Below, piece by piece: positions 19,587 through 29,622 of a DNA stretch of 64,000 bases. The translations under genes and the position numbers were made by a program. Within the stretch, counting starts at the first letter, position 1. Every line of letters begins with the position of its first letter. The notes below the pieces were generated by a model. The model ran no database searches. It saw nothing but the letters and a program-made list of their open reading frames with translations, and was not told where the DNA came from. Origin of the DNA: an uncultured delta proteobacterium (GTDB lineage: Bacteria > Desulfobacterota > Desulfuromonadia > Desulfuromonadales > JACZKF01); assembly GCA_963816395.1 (NCBI GenBank), contig CAWFKQ010000010.1, forward strand, positions 96,001 through 160,000. Direction: 5' to 3'.

Positions 19587-21299
19587 ATGCGCTATTCCGA
19601 ATACCTGCTCCCCACCCTCAAGGAAACCCCGGCCGATGCCGAGGTGATCAGCCACCAGCTGATGCTGCGCGCCGGCATGGTTCGCAAGGTCGCGGCCGGT
19701 ATCTACAATTACCTTCCCCTCGGCTTGCGCGCGGTCCGTAAGGTGGAGCGCATCATCCGCGAGGAGATGGACCGGGCGGGGGCGATAGAACTGTTGATGC
19801 CCATGGTGATACCGGCTGAGTTATGGCAGGAATCGGGACGCTGGGAGCAGTACGGCAAGGAGTTGCTGCGCTTTAAGGACCGCAAGGAGACCGAGTTTTG
19901 CCTCGGCCCGACGCACGAGGAAGTGGTGACCGATATTGTCCGCAGCACCGTCCGTTCCTATCGCCAGTTGCCCCTTAACCTCTACCAGATCCAGGGGAAA
20001 TTCCGCGACGAAATCCGCCCCCGTTTCGGCCTGATGCGGGGACGCGAGTTCATCATGAAAGACGCCTATTCCTTCGACCTCGACGAGGCCGGGGCGGATG
20101 TCGCCTACGAGAAGATGTATCAGGCCTACCGGCGCATTTTCGAGCGCTGCGGCCTGCAGTTTCGGGCCGTCGAGGCGGATACCGGCAATATCGGCGGCAC
20201 CTCCTCGCATGAATTCATGGTCCTTGCGGAATCGGGCGAAGACGCCATCGTCTCCTGCGACAACTGCCAGTATGCCGCCAACGTGGAAAAGGCGGAACTT
20301 CGCGGCCCCGGCGGTGCCGCGCCGGCGGCGGCCCAGCCCCTGCAGAAGGTCCTCACCCCGGCCCGCAAGAGTGTCGAGGACGTGGCTCTTTTTCTCGAAA
20401 CCACCCCGGACCGGCTGGTGAAGACCCTCATCGTGCAGACCGACAGCGGCGAAACCCTCGGCGTGCTGCTGCGCGGCGATCGGGAGCTCAACAGCGTCAA
20501 GCTGTGTCGCCTGCTCGGTGCCAACTGGGCGGAACTGGCGCCGGAAGAAGTTGTCATGCGGGTCACCGGAGCCCCGAGCGGTTTTGCCGGGCCGGTCGGG
20601 CTCGGCCTGCGTCTGCTGGCCGATCTCGAGGTGCGGGGGATGAGCGATTTCATTACCGGCGCCAATGAGAAGGATACCCACTTCACCGGCGTCAACCTGG
20701 AGCGGGATTTCCGCGTCGATACTTTTGCCGACCTGCGGCAGGCGGTGACCGGCGATCCCTGCCCGCGCTGCGAAGGTCGCCTGGAGATATGGCGGGGAAT
20801 CGAAGTCGGGCACGTCTTCAAGCTGGGGACCAAATATTCCGCCGCTCTCGGCGCCACCGTGCTCGACGACCAGGGAGAAGAACGGGTGCTGTTCATGGGC
20901 TGCTACGGGATCGGAGTCGGCCGCACGGTGGCGGCCGCCGTCGAGCAGAATCATGATGGAAACGGCATCATCTGGCCACTGCCGATCGCTCCCTTCCAGG
21001 TCATGGTGACCATGGTCAATCCCCGGGATGAAGCGGTGAGAACCGCCGCCGAGACGCTCTATGGGGAGCTGCAGGCACTGCAGGTGGAGGTCCTGCTTGA
21101 TGATCGCGACGAACGCCCTGGAAGCAAATTCAAGGATGCCGACCTGATCGGCGTTCCCCTGCGGGTGACGGTAGGTGCTCGCGCCCTGCAGGAGGGGAAA
21201 GTGGAACTGCAGGAGCGCCGCAGCGGTGAACGGACGCTGCTGCCGGTGGCCGGGGCGGCGGCGGCAATCGCCGGACAAGTCCGCGAAGCCCTCGCCTGA
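19587..21299 (+). CDS. proS: Proline--tRNA ligase (with editing insertion domain)
   Basis: [52 protein letters not shown]. Confidence 0.97.
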   Translation: MRYSEYLLPTLKETPADAEVISHQLMLRAGMVRKVAAGIYNYLPLGLRAVRKVERIIREEMDRAGAIELLMPMVIPAELWQESGRWEQYGKELLRFKDRKETEFCLGPTHEEVVTDIVRSTVRSYRQLPLNLYQIQGKFRDEIRPRFGLMRGREFIMKDAYSFDLDEAGADVAYEKMYQAYRRIFERCGLQFRAVEADTGNIGGTSSHEFMVLAESGEDAIVSCDNCQYAANVEKAELRGPGGAAPAAAQPLQKVLTPARKSVEDVALFLETTPDRLVKTLIVQTDSGETLGVLLRGDRELNSVKLCRLLGANWAELAPEEVVMRVTGAPSGFAGPVGLGLRLLADLEVRGMSDFITGANEKDTHFTGVNLERDFRVDTFADLRQAVTGDPCPRCEGRLEIWRGIEVGHVFKLGTKYSAALGATVLDDQGEERVLFMGCYGIGVGRTVAAAVEQNHDGNGIIWPLPIAPFQVMVTMVNPRDEAVRTAAETLYGELQALQVEVLLDDRDERPGSKFKDADLIGVPLRVTVGARALQEGKVELQERRSGERTLLPVAGAAAAIAGQVREALA

Positions 21300-21342
21300 G
21301 TGAGTATCTTGTTTTCGATTTTGTTTTTCCCTATTGATAGTT

Positions 21343-22573
21343 ATGAATTCAGCAATTGTCGATAACCAGGGGCGTTTGACTTTGCCGCCGCAGGCGGCCA
21401 GGGAACTCGGGTCGCGGCCGCTGGCTGTGGTCTCCCGTTCCGACCGCCACCTGCTGCTGGCCGCCACGGAGGAAGGGAGCGAGGTGACCCTGGCCGGGCG
21501 TCTCGGCGAACTGTCGATCGCCGATCTTCTCTCCTTTTTCAACATGTTCCGCAAGACGGGGGTTCTGCGCTTTGAACTCAGCGGTGGCAGCAAGGATCTC
21601 TATTTCCAGCAAGGGGAAATTGTCTTTGCCACGAGCACCTTTCCCGAGGAGGAGATCGGCGAGATTCTTCACGGCATGGGCAAGCTGAGCCGGGAAATCG
21701 TGCAGAAAATCCGACCTTTCATTACCGGCCGCATCAGCATGGACAAGTTGCTGGTGGAGCGGGGAGCGGTGACGGCCAAGGATCTCTGGCTGGCTACCCG
21801 GCAACAGGCGGAGGCGATCGTCTTTCACCTTTTCGCCTTTCAAGAGGGGAGTTTCTCCTTCCTGAACAAGGAAATAGTCAAGGAAGAGGTTCTGCGCCTT
21901 TCCATGAACACCCAGAACCTGATAATGGAGGGATTGCGGCGGGTTGATGAACGGGCGCTGTTCATGCGCCGTCTCGGTTCTCTGGACGCTATCCCGGTCG
22001 CCACCGGCAAAACTGCCGGAGGAATCGGTGGGGCGGAGCAGCGTCTGCTGGAGATCGTCTGCGAGGATCGTTATTCCCTTCGTGAGGCGGTGCGGCGCAG
22101 CGGTCTGGAGGAATTTGACGGTCTGCGCGTGCTTTATCAGTTGCTGGAGAAAGGGCTGATAAACATCGAGGAGGCTCCTGCCACAGCCGTGGGAGGAGTG
22201 CTGGGGGAAATTCTGACCGTCTTCAACGGCACCCTGACCATTCTCTTTCGGCGAATTAGCCGGCAGAAATCGGAATTTCCGGCAGGAAGTCCAGTTCTTC
22301 CTGCGAGACCTCCCCCAACCTTATTCCTATGTTTTTCGCGAAGTCCAGCTGCGGGATGACGGAACGGTCGGCGGCGAGCGGATCCTCGCCAACCTCGCGG
22401 GGCTGGAGGAGGGAGATAAAAAGAAGCTGCTGGCAGACGGTCTCAGCGAACTTATCTACATGGAATGCCATGTCGCCCGCAGGGAACTGGCCACCGCCGA
22501 ATCGACCGAGCTGATTCAGCGAGTCCAGGAAGTCTCCCGGCGGGTGAAGGCGCTCATCGGGAGGAATGAATGA
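21343..22573 (+). CDS. DUF4388 (PatA_N-like) domain protein with MraZ/AbrB-like N-terminal motif (indel ~22280)
   Basis: LAGRLGELSIADLLSFFNMFRKTGVLRF..LYFQQGEIVFA..GSFSF..LIMEGLRRVDE; the shifted frame ends at TGA 22571-22573 overlapping the pyrF ATG. Confidence 0.75.
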
Positions 22574-23307
22574 AACAGAATGCCAGAGACCGCCTGATTT
22601 TTGCCCTCGACGTCGATTCGATGGCCGAGGCGGAGGGCTGGGTCCGGCGTCTGAATGGCCGGGTCGGGGTGTTCAAAGTCGGAAAGCAGCTTTTCACCCG
22701 CTGCGGCCCGGAGGTGGTGCGGATGATCCGCGAGGCGGGGGGGGAGGTCTTTCTCGATCTCAAGTATCATGACATTCCGAATACTGTCGCCATGGCCGGG
22801 GTGGAAGCCTGCCGCCTGGGCGTACGGATGTTCAATGTGCATGCCCTCGGGGGACGGGAGATGATGGCCGCCACCGTGACCGCCGTAGACCGGTTGTTCC
22901 CCCGCGGCAGTGCCGGACGCCCGCTACTGCTGGCGGTGACCATCCTCACCTCGGCTAACGCGGAAACCCTGCGGGAGATCGGCATCGACCGCCCGGTGAT
23001 CGAGATGGTGCCCCGGTTGGCCCGGTTGGCTCAGGAGGCCGGTATGGATGGGGTGGTGGCCTCGCCGCGGGAGGTGGAACTGATCCGTCAGGTCTGCGGT
23101 TCGGAGTTTGCCGTCGTCACCCCTGGGGTGCGCCCTGCCGATGCCGCGCTCGATGACCAGAAGCGGGTCATGACTCCGGGGGAAGCCATCGCCGGCGGAG
23201 CCGATTACCTGGTGATCGGTCGCCCCATATCGGCTGCTGCCGATCCGGAGGCCGCCGTCGCCCGGATTCTTGAAGAAATGACGGCTGCCTTGGCCACCCT
23301 CGCGTGA
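22570..23307 (+). CDS. pyrF: Orotidine-5'-phosphate decarboxylase
   Basis: IFALDV, FLDLKYHDIPNTV, VTPGVR, LVIGRPI. Confidence 0.97.
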   Translation: MKQNARDRLIFALDVDSMAEAEGWVRRLNGRVGVFKVGKQLFTRCGPEVVRMIREAGGEVFLDLKYHDIPNTVAMAGVEACRLGVRMFNVHALGGREMMAATVTAVDRLFPRGSAGRPLLLAVTILTSANAETLREIGIDRPVIEMVPRLARLAQEAGMDGVVASPREVELIRQVCGSEFAVVTPGVRPADAALDDQKRVMTPGEAIAGGADYLVIGRPISAAADPEAAVARILEEMTAALATLA

Positions 23308-24047
23308 ACGACCTGATCTATGGTATCAATCCGGTGCGCGAAGCGCTGCGCGGGGAGCGGCGCCGGCCTCTCGAGCTTTTCCTGTTACGCGATTTTCGCT
23401 CCCGCCGCCTGGAGGAGCTGAGCCGGGAGGCGGCCGCGGTGGGGACGGCGGTGCGGCTGCGGGAACGCGATGATCTGGACCGCCTGGTAGGCCATCGCCA
23501 CCACCAGGGTGCCGTCCTGCGGGTCGCTCCCTTCGCTTTCGTCTCCTTGCCGGATGTTCTCGACAGCTGGCGCGCTTCCGGGCGACCGGCCCTTCTGCTG
23601 CTTCTCGACGGCATCACCGACCCGCATAACCTCGGTGCCATCCTGCGCAGTGCCGAGGCGGCTGGTTGCCAGGCGGTGATCGTTCCCAAGGATCGGTCCT
23701 GTCCCATCACTCCGGCGGTGGATAAGGCGGCCGCCGGCGCCCTTGCCCACCTTCCCCTTTGTCAGGTGACCAACCTCGCCCGCACTATCGAGGAGTTGAA
23801 GCAGGAGGGTGTCTGGATTCACGGCCTGGCCGGGGAAGCGGGCGCCGACTCCCTTTACCGGACCGATCTGAAGGGCGATCTGGCCCTGGTGGCCGGCAGC
23901 GAGGGGGCCGGTTTGCGGCCCAACGTTCGCCGTCACTGCGACCGTCTGCTGTCTATTCCCCTGCACGGCGAAATCTCCTCCCTGAATGCCTCGGTGGCCG
24001 CCGCGGTTGCCCTGTTCGAGGTGGTTCGCCAGCGCTCCGCTGCTTGA
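23304..24047 (+). CDS. rlmB: 23S rRNA Gm2251 methyltransferase (TrmH/SpoU family)
   Basis: IYGINPVREAL, HQG, LDGITDPHNLGAILRSA, GSEGAGL, SLNASVAA. Confidence 0.92.
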   Translation: MNDLIYGINPVREALRGERRRPLELFLLRDFRSRRLEELSREAAAVGTAVRLRERDDLDRLVGHRHHQGAVLRVAPFAFVSLPDVLDSWRASGRPALLLLLDGITDPHNLGAILRSAEAAGCQAVIVPKDRSCPITPAVDKAAAGALAHLPLCQVTNLARTIEELKQEGVWIHGLAGEAGADSLYRTDLKGDLALVAGSEGAGLRPNVRRHCDRLLSIPLHGEISSLNASVAAAVALFEVVRQRSAA

Positions 24048-24085
24048 GCCGGCAGCTGGCAGGGCTTCCCCTGGGATAAAAAGCA

Positions 24086-24197
24086 TTGACAACCCGCGGG
24101 AAATCAATTAAAAATGTAAACTTTGCCAACGGGCTCTGGCAGGCTTTTACGGATCGGCAAATTTCCTCTTGCTTTTTGATTATTGCTGGTGTATAAA
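24086..24197 (+). promoter_or_regulatory. Tandem putative sigma70 promoters of the tRNA-tuf operon
   Basis: TTGACA(24086)-17-TAAAAA and TTGCTT(24169)-17-TATAAA. Confidence 0.55.
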
Positions 24198-24208
24198 TCG
24201 CCCCCTGT

Positions 24209-24284
24209 GCTGGCGTAGCTCAATAGGTAGAGCAGCTGACTTGTAATCAGCAGGTTGCGGGTTCAATTCCTGTCGCCAGCTCCA
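24209..24284 (+). tRNA. tRNA-Thr(UGU)
   Basis: Cloverleaf, anticodon loop CTTGTAA, CCA end. Confidence 0.95.
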
Positions 24285-24333
24285 GTGAGCAGCCGGTGCT
24301 CAGCGGCACCATTGAAAAGTAGACGCTTCCCCT

Positions 24334-24418
<85 letters not shown>

Positions 24419-24529
24419 TGCAATCTTGCCGGACTTGATGCCGGCTGGCCGTTTCCAGGAGGCAATTGCCGACCGCACTGGGACGATGGCTGGTAATCGG
24501 TCCACGTTGCTGCAGAATATAAGCTTTGG

Positions 24530-24606
24530 GCGGGAGTAGCTCAGTTGGCTAGAGCATCAGCCTTCCAAGCTGAGGGTCGCGGGTTCGAATCCCGTTTCCC
24601 GCTCCA
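24530..24606 (+). tRNA. tRNA-Gly(UCC)
   Basis: Cloverleaf, loop CTTCCAA, CCA end. Confidence 0.95.
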
Positions 24607-24636
24607 AACAAAATCCGCAGGTCGTCATTGAGATAA

Positions 24637-24712
<76 letters not shown>

Positions 24713-24824
24713 TCCGTTGCGTGCGGGGATTCTTTCTGTTTTAACGTAGTTCGTTGGGTCGCAAGATTCCGGCGGCCATATTCAGGCGAAAAAAGATTTA
24801 AAAGACCAAAAGGGAGGTTGACGA

Positions 24825-26026
24825 ATGTCTAAAGCGAAATTTGAAAGAACCAAGCCCCATGTCAACATCGGGACTATTGGCCACGTTGACCACGGCAAGA
24901 CGACCCTGACGGCCGCCATCACCAAAGTCATGGCCTCCAAGGGTTTGGCCGAATTCAAGGCCTTCGATGCGATCGACAACGCTCCGGAGGAGCGCGAGCG
25001 CGGGATCACCATCGCCACTGCCCACGTTGAATATCAGACCGAGAAGCGGCACTACGCGCATGTGGACTGCCCGGGCCACGCCGACTACGTGAAGAACATG
25101 ATCACCGGGGCGGCGCAGATGGACGGAGCGATCCTGGTGGTGAGCGCCGCGGACGGGCCGATGCCGCAGACCCGCGAGCACATCCTGCTGGCGCGCCAGG
25201 TTGGGGTGCCCGCCATGGTGGTGTTTCTGAACAAAGCCGACATGGTGGACGACGCCGAGCTGATGGAGTTGGTCGAGCTGGAAGTGCGCGAGCTGCTCTC
25301 GATGTATGAGTTCCCCGGGCGATGAGATTCCGATCACCGCGGGCAGCGCCCTCAAGGCGCTGGAGTGTGGCTGCGGCAAGGCCGAGTGCAGCGCCTGCAA
25401 GCCGATTCTGGATCTGATGGATAGCGTGGACAGCTACATTCCGCTGCCCGAGCGGCCCATCGACCGGCCTTTCCTGATGCCGGTGGAGGACGTGTTCTCC
25501 ATCTCCGGGCGCGGCACGGTGGCCACCGGGCGCATCGAGCGCGGGGTGGTCAAGGTGGGCGAAGAAGTGGAGATCGTCGGCATGAAGGCGACCGCCAAGA
25601 CGGTGGTGACCGGGGTGGAGATGTTCCGCAAGCTGCTCGATCAAGGGCAGGCCGGCGACAACGTCGGTGTTCTGCTGCGCGGCGTCAAGCGCGAAGACAT
25701 CGAGCGCGGGCAGGTTCTGGCCAAGCCGGGCAGCATCACCCCGCATACGCAGGTTCAAGGCCGAGGCCTACGTTCTGACCAAGGAGGAGGGCGGTCGCCA
25801 TACGCCGTTCTTCAAGGGCTACCGGCCGCAGTTTTATTTCCGCACCACGGACGTGACCGGGGTGGTGGAGCTGCCGGAAGGGGTGGAGATGGTGATGCCC
25901 GGGGACAACATCAGCATGACGGTGAATCTGATCACCCCGATCGCCATGGACAAAGAGTTGCGTTTCGCCATCCGCGAGGGCGGCCGTACCGTCGGCGCCG
26001 GCGTCGTTAGCGAGATCATCGAATAA
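24825..26026 (+). CDS. tuf: Elongation factor Tu, copy 1 (apparent insertions at 25320, 25750)
   Basis: [28 protein letters not shown]. Confidence 0.97.
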
Positions 26027-26084
26027 TCTTATCATGCATTCCCCCTGCCCGGCCTTGCCGGGCGGGGGGTGAAGGATTAAGGCT

Positions 26085-26234
26085 ATGCGGGACATCGTCA
26101 CCCTCGCTTGTACCGAGTGCAAGCAGCGCAATTACACCACCACGAAGAACAAGAAGAGCACTCCGGACAAGCTGGAGTTCAGCAAGTACTGCCGCTTTTG
26201 CCGGAAGCATACTCCCCACCGCGAGACCAAGTAG
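26085..26234 (+). CDS. rpmG: 50S ribosomal protein L33 (Zn-binding type)
   Basis: Manual translation [49 protein letters not shown]. Confidence 0.95.
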   Translation: MRDIVTLACTECKQRNYTTTKNKKSTPDKLEFSKYCRFCRKHTPHRETK

Positions 26235-26271
26235 TCCGCGCCGGTGGGCGCCACGTCGCGATTCCGCCTGC

Positions 26272-26348
26272 AGGCCAGTAGCTCTAACGGCTAGAGCACC
26301 GGTCTCCAAAACCGGGTGTTGGGGGTTCGAATCCCTCCTGGCCTGCCA
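26272..26348 (+). tRNA. tRNA-Trp(CCA)
   Basis: Cloverleaf, loop CTCCAAA, GCCA end; canonical position before secE. Confidence 0.95.
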
Positions 26349-26383
26349 TTTTCACCAAGACCCTCGTTTGGAGGTTGACCATA

Positions 26384-26572
26384 GTGATCGGCAAAGCGAC
26401 CGAGTTTTTTGCCAACGTCAAAGGGGAATTGAAAAAGGTAACCTGGCCCAGTCGGAAGGATACCTACGCTTCTACCATCGCTGTTCTCGTCCTGGTGGTG
26501 GTGGTGGCGGTTTTTCTCTGGGTCGTCGATTCGGCCCTTTCCACGATGATCCGTCTCCTTCTCAGTCGATGA
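26384..26572 (+). CDS. secE: Preprotein translocase subunit SecE
   Basis: ELKKVTWPSRK plus single TM; GGAGG RBS before GTG. Confidence 0.93.
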   Translation: MIGKATEFFANVKGELKKVTWPSRKDTYASTIAVLVLVVVVAVFLWVVDSALSTMIRLLLSR

Positions 26573-26588
26573 AACAGGACGGTAGAAG

Positions 26589-27122
26589 ATGACAATGAGA
26601 TGGTACGGTGTTCATACCTATTCGGGCTATGAAAACAAGGTGAAGCTCAACCTGGAGGAGCGAATCCGGGCCTTGGGTGCCGAGGAGTCCTTCGGCCAGG
26701 TTCTGATTCCCTCCGAAACGGTTGTCGAGTTGAAAAAGGGGGAGCGCCGGACTTCCACCCGGAAGTTCTTCCCCGGCTACATCCTGGTCCAGATGGAGCT
26801 GAATAACGATACCTGGCACATCGTCAAGGAGACGCCGAAGGTAACCGGCTTTGTCGGCGGCGGAACAACGCCGGTGGCGATCCCGGACGAAGAGGTGGGC
26901 AAAATCACCACTCGCATGGAAGAAGGGGTGGAGCGGCCCAAGCCGAAGGTGGAGTTCGAAGTCGGCGAGACGGTGCGTGTTATCGATGGCCCTTTCCTCA
27001 ACTTCACCGGGGTGGTCGAAGACGTCAAGCCTGATAAGGGTAAGCTGAAGGTCATGGTCAGCATTTTTGGCCGGACCACCCCCGTCGAGCTCGAATTCAT
27101 CCAGGTGGAAAAAACCAGCTGA
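26589..27122 (+). CDS. nusG: Transcription termination/antitermination factor NusG
   Basis: WYGVHTYSGYE, FPGYILV, KOW VIDGPF, IFGRTTPVEL. Confidence 0.97.
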   Translation: MTMRWYGVHTYSGYENKVKLNLEERIRALGAEESFGQVLIPSETVVELKKGERRTSTRKFFPGYILVQMELNNDTWHIVKETPKVTGFVGGGTTPVAIPDEEVGKITTRMEEGVERPKPKVEFEVGETVRVIDGPFLNFTGVVEDVKPDKGKLKVMVSIFGRTTPVELEFIQVEKTS

Positions 27123-27132
27123 CACGCTTTCG

Positions 27133-27200
27133 GGTTCAGCGTTCAGCGTTCAAGGCCTGGTCCTCTGGTGCTTTGAATCCTGAACCTTGGACCTTGAATC
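27133..27200. repeat. Short tandem heptamer repeats in inverted arrangement
   Basis: (GTTCAGC)2-GTTCAAG ... TTTGAAT-CCTGAAC-CTTGGAC-CTTGAAT. Confidence 0.6.
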
Positions 27201-27218
27201 TAAGTTAAGGAGTTCTTC

Positions 27219-27641
27219 ATGGCCAAAAAGGTTATTGGAATGATAAAGCTGCAGATTCCTGCCGGCAAAGCGAATCCATCGCCGCCGGTCGGCCCCGCCC
27301 TCGGGCAGCACGGGGTCAACATCATGGAATTCTGCAAGGCGTTCAACGCCAGGACCCAGGGAGAAGATGGGATGGTGACCCCCGTGGTCATCACCGTTTA
27401 TGCAGATCGCTCCTTCACCTTCATCACCAAAACTCCGCCGGCTTCCGTCCTGCTGATCAAGGCGGCCAAGGTTCCCAAGGGGTCGGGGGTGCCGAACAAG
27501 GACAAGGTGGGTAAAGTCAGCCATGGCCAGGTGGAGGAGATTGCCAAGCTGAAGATGCCTGACCTCAATGCCTTTGATCTCGCGGCGGCTATCCGGACCA
27601 TTGAAGGGACCGCCCGCAGCATGGGCATTGAAATCGAATAA
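27219..27641 (+). CDS. rplK: 50S ribosomal protein L11
   Basis: [22 protein letters not shown]. Confidence 0.97.
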   Translation: MAKKVIGMIKLQIPAGKANPSPPVGPALGQHGVNIMEFCKAFNARTQGEDGMVTPVVITVYADRSFTFITKTPPASVLLIKAAKVPKGSGVPNKDKVGKVSHGQVEEIAKLKMPDLNAFDLAAAIRTIEGTARSMGIEIE

Positions 27642-27668
27642 ATTTACGGCGGAATCTGGAGAATACGA

Positions 27669-28368
27669 ATGTCTGGGAAAAAACTTGATGCAGCTAAAGC
27701 CAAGATCGACCGGACCCGGGCCTATCCCCTGGAGGAGGCCATCGCCCTGGTGAAGGACAACTCCTTTGCCAAGTTCGATGAGGCGGTCGACATTTCTGTG
27801 CGCCTCGGCGTCGATCCCCGTAAGGCCGACCAGATGGTGCGTGGGGCGGTGGTCCTTCCCAACGGCCTGGGAAAGACGGTCCGGGTTCTGGTCTTTGCCA
27901 AAGGTGAAAAGGTGCAGGAAGCCCGCGACCGCCGGGGCCGACCATGTTGGCGCCGACGATCTGGTGGCCAAGATTCAGGAAGGCTGGTTCGATTTCGATA
28001 CCGCCATCGCCACGCCGGACATGATGGGTATGGTCGGCAAAATCGGCAAGCTGCTCGGCCCCCGCGGCCTAATGCCCAACCCCAAGGTGGGGACCGTCAC
28101 TTTCGACATCGGCCGCGCGGTCACTGAAGCCAAATCCGGGAAAATCTCCTACCGAGTCGAAAAGGCCGGAATCGTTCACGCGCCGGTCGGCAAGGTCTCG
28201 TTTTCTGTCGATAAGCTGCAGGAAAACGTGGTTTCTCTGGTGGATGCGCTGGTCAAGGCCAAACCTTCGACCGCCAAGGGCACCTACCTGAAAAAGGTAT
28301 CCCTCTCCAGCACCATGGGGCCCGGTGTCAATATCGATGTCCCCGCCCTGCAGGCGCTGGTGAAATAG
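27669..28368 (+). CDS. rplA: 50S ribosomal protein L1 (indel ~27930)
   Basis: [25 protein letters not shown] in the shifted frame. Confidence 0.95.
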
Positions 28369-28420
28369 TTCGCCTTCGTCACGTCAATCGGCGTGTCAGG
28401 CAGTATATCTTTTCGCTCCT

Positions 28421-28545
28421 GGTCAAAGACAGCAGGCATGCCCACCGGGTATTTAATGGTCAACCACCTGCCGAGGCTGAGAATGGTTCTGACGGTTCGC
28501 GACCGTCTCTCTCCGTGACCTCTGACTGGGGCCGGGACTCCTTCG
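28421..28545 (+). promoter_or_regulatory. L10 leader (rplJL autoregulatory RNA)
   Basis: AAGACAGCAGG...TTAA...CCTGCCGAGG motif in the rplA-rplJ spacer; boundaries approximate. Confidence 0.7.
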
Positions 28546-28580
28546 GGAATCCCCATATCACACAGAAAGGAGGAGAGACG

Positions 28581-29099
28581 TTGAACAAAGACAACAAGGA
28601 ACAAATCGTTTCCGAACTGGCGGGAAAGCTAGGTGCCGCCAAGGCGGCGTTTCTGGCCGACTACCGCGGACTCAATGTGGAGCAGGTAAACAAGCTCCGC
28701 AATGATCTCCGGGGGGCCGGGATCGAATACCGGGTGGTTAAAAACACTCTGCTGCGCCTGGCCGCAAAGGGCACGGACGCAGAGTGCCTGTCGGGTCTTC
28801 TCGAAGGGCCGACGGCGATCGCCATTGCTACTCAGGACCCGGTCGCCCCGGCCAAAATCCTGGCCGAATTCGCCAAGGCAAACGCCAAGTTCGAGCTCAA
28901 GGGCGGTGCTCTGGGCGGCAAGATCCTGTCTGCTATAGACATTCAGGCTCTCGCTGACCTTCCCAGCCGGGAAGTGCTGCTGGCCCGGATGCTCGGTTCC
29001 TTCAGCGCGCCGGCGACCAATTTCGTCGGAGTGCTCGCCGCTGTTCCGCGTTCGCTGGTGCAAGTGCTGGCGGCCATTCAGGAAAAAAAAGCCGCCTGA
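28581..29099 (+). CDS. rplJ: 50S ribosomal protein L10
   Basis: [25 protein letters not shown] start after AGGAGG. Confidence 0.95.
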   Translation: MNKDNKEQIVSELAGKLGAAKAAFLADYRGLNVEQVNKLRNDLRGAGIEYRVVKNTLLRLAAKGTDAECLSGLLEGPTAIAIATQDPVAPAKILAEFAKANAKFELKGGALGGKILSAIDIQALADLPSREVLLARMLGSFSAPATNFVGVLAAVPRSLVQVLAAIQEKKAA

Positions 29100-29155
29100 T
29101 CGCCGGCCGCAAATCGTATTAACCGACTACCCAATATAACGGAGGAGATGTTAAA

Positions 29156-29538
29156 ATGGCTGACGTGACCAAAGAGCAGGTAATTGAATTTATCGAGAAG
29201 ATGACCGTTCTGGAACTCGCCGGATTGGTAAAGGAACTGGAAGAGAAATTCGGCGTTTCCGCAGCCGCTCCGATGGCCGTGGCCGCCGCCCCTGCGGCCG
29301 CCGCCGCTGCTCCGGTCGAGGAGAAAGGAAGATTTCGATGTCGTTCTCAGCGCTTGCCGGCGACAAGAAAATCAACGTCATCAAAGTTGTCCGGGCCGCT
29401 ACCGGTCTCGGCCTCAAGGAAGCCAAGGATCTGGTCGATGGCGCTCCCCAGGTGGTCAAACAGGGTGTGCCCAAGGCCGAGGCCGAAGAACTCAAGAAGC
29501 AACTGGTGGAGGCCGGCGCCACCGTGGAGCTGAAATAG
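29156..29538 (+). CDS. rplL: 50S ribosomal protein L7/L12 (2 indels ~29326, ~29355)
   Basis: [11 protein letters not shown] hinge; [20 protein letters not shown]. Confidence 0.95.
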
Positions 29539-29561
29539 CACCAAAGCACATAGTACCATCG

Positions 29562-29594
29562 GTAGCCAAGGTCGTCCCGCGCGGCCTTGGCTAT
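29562..29594 (+). terminator. Hairpin between rplL and rpoB (attenuator-like)
   Basis: GTAGCCAAGGTCG/CGGCCTTGGCTAT stem followed by pyrimidines. Confidence 0.5.
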
Positions 29595-29622
29595 TCTACT
29601 TTCGTCACCTAAAGGAGAAATC

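Noticed and set aside
24419..24529. 111-nt spacer between tRNA-Tyr and tRNA-Gly as a hidden ncRNA or tRNA
   Set aside because: No T-loop or cloverleaf and no recognisable motif
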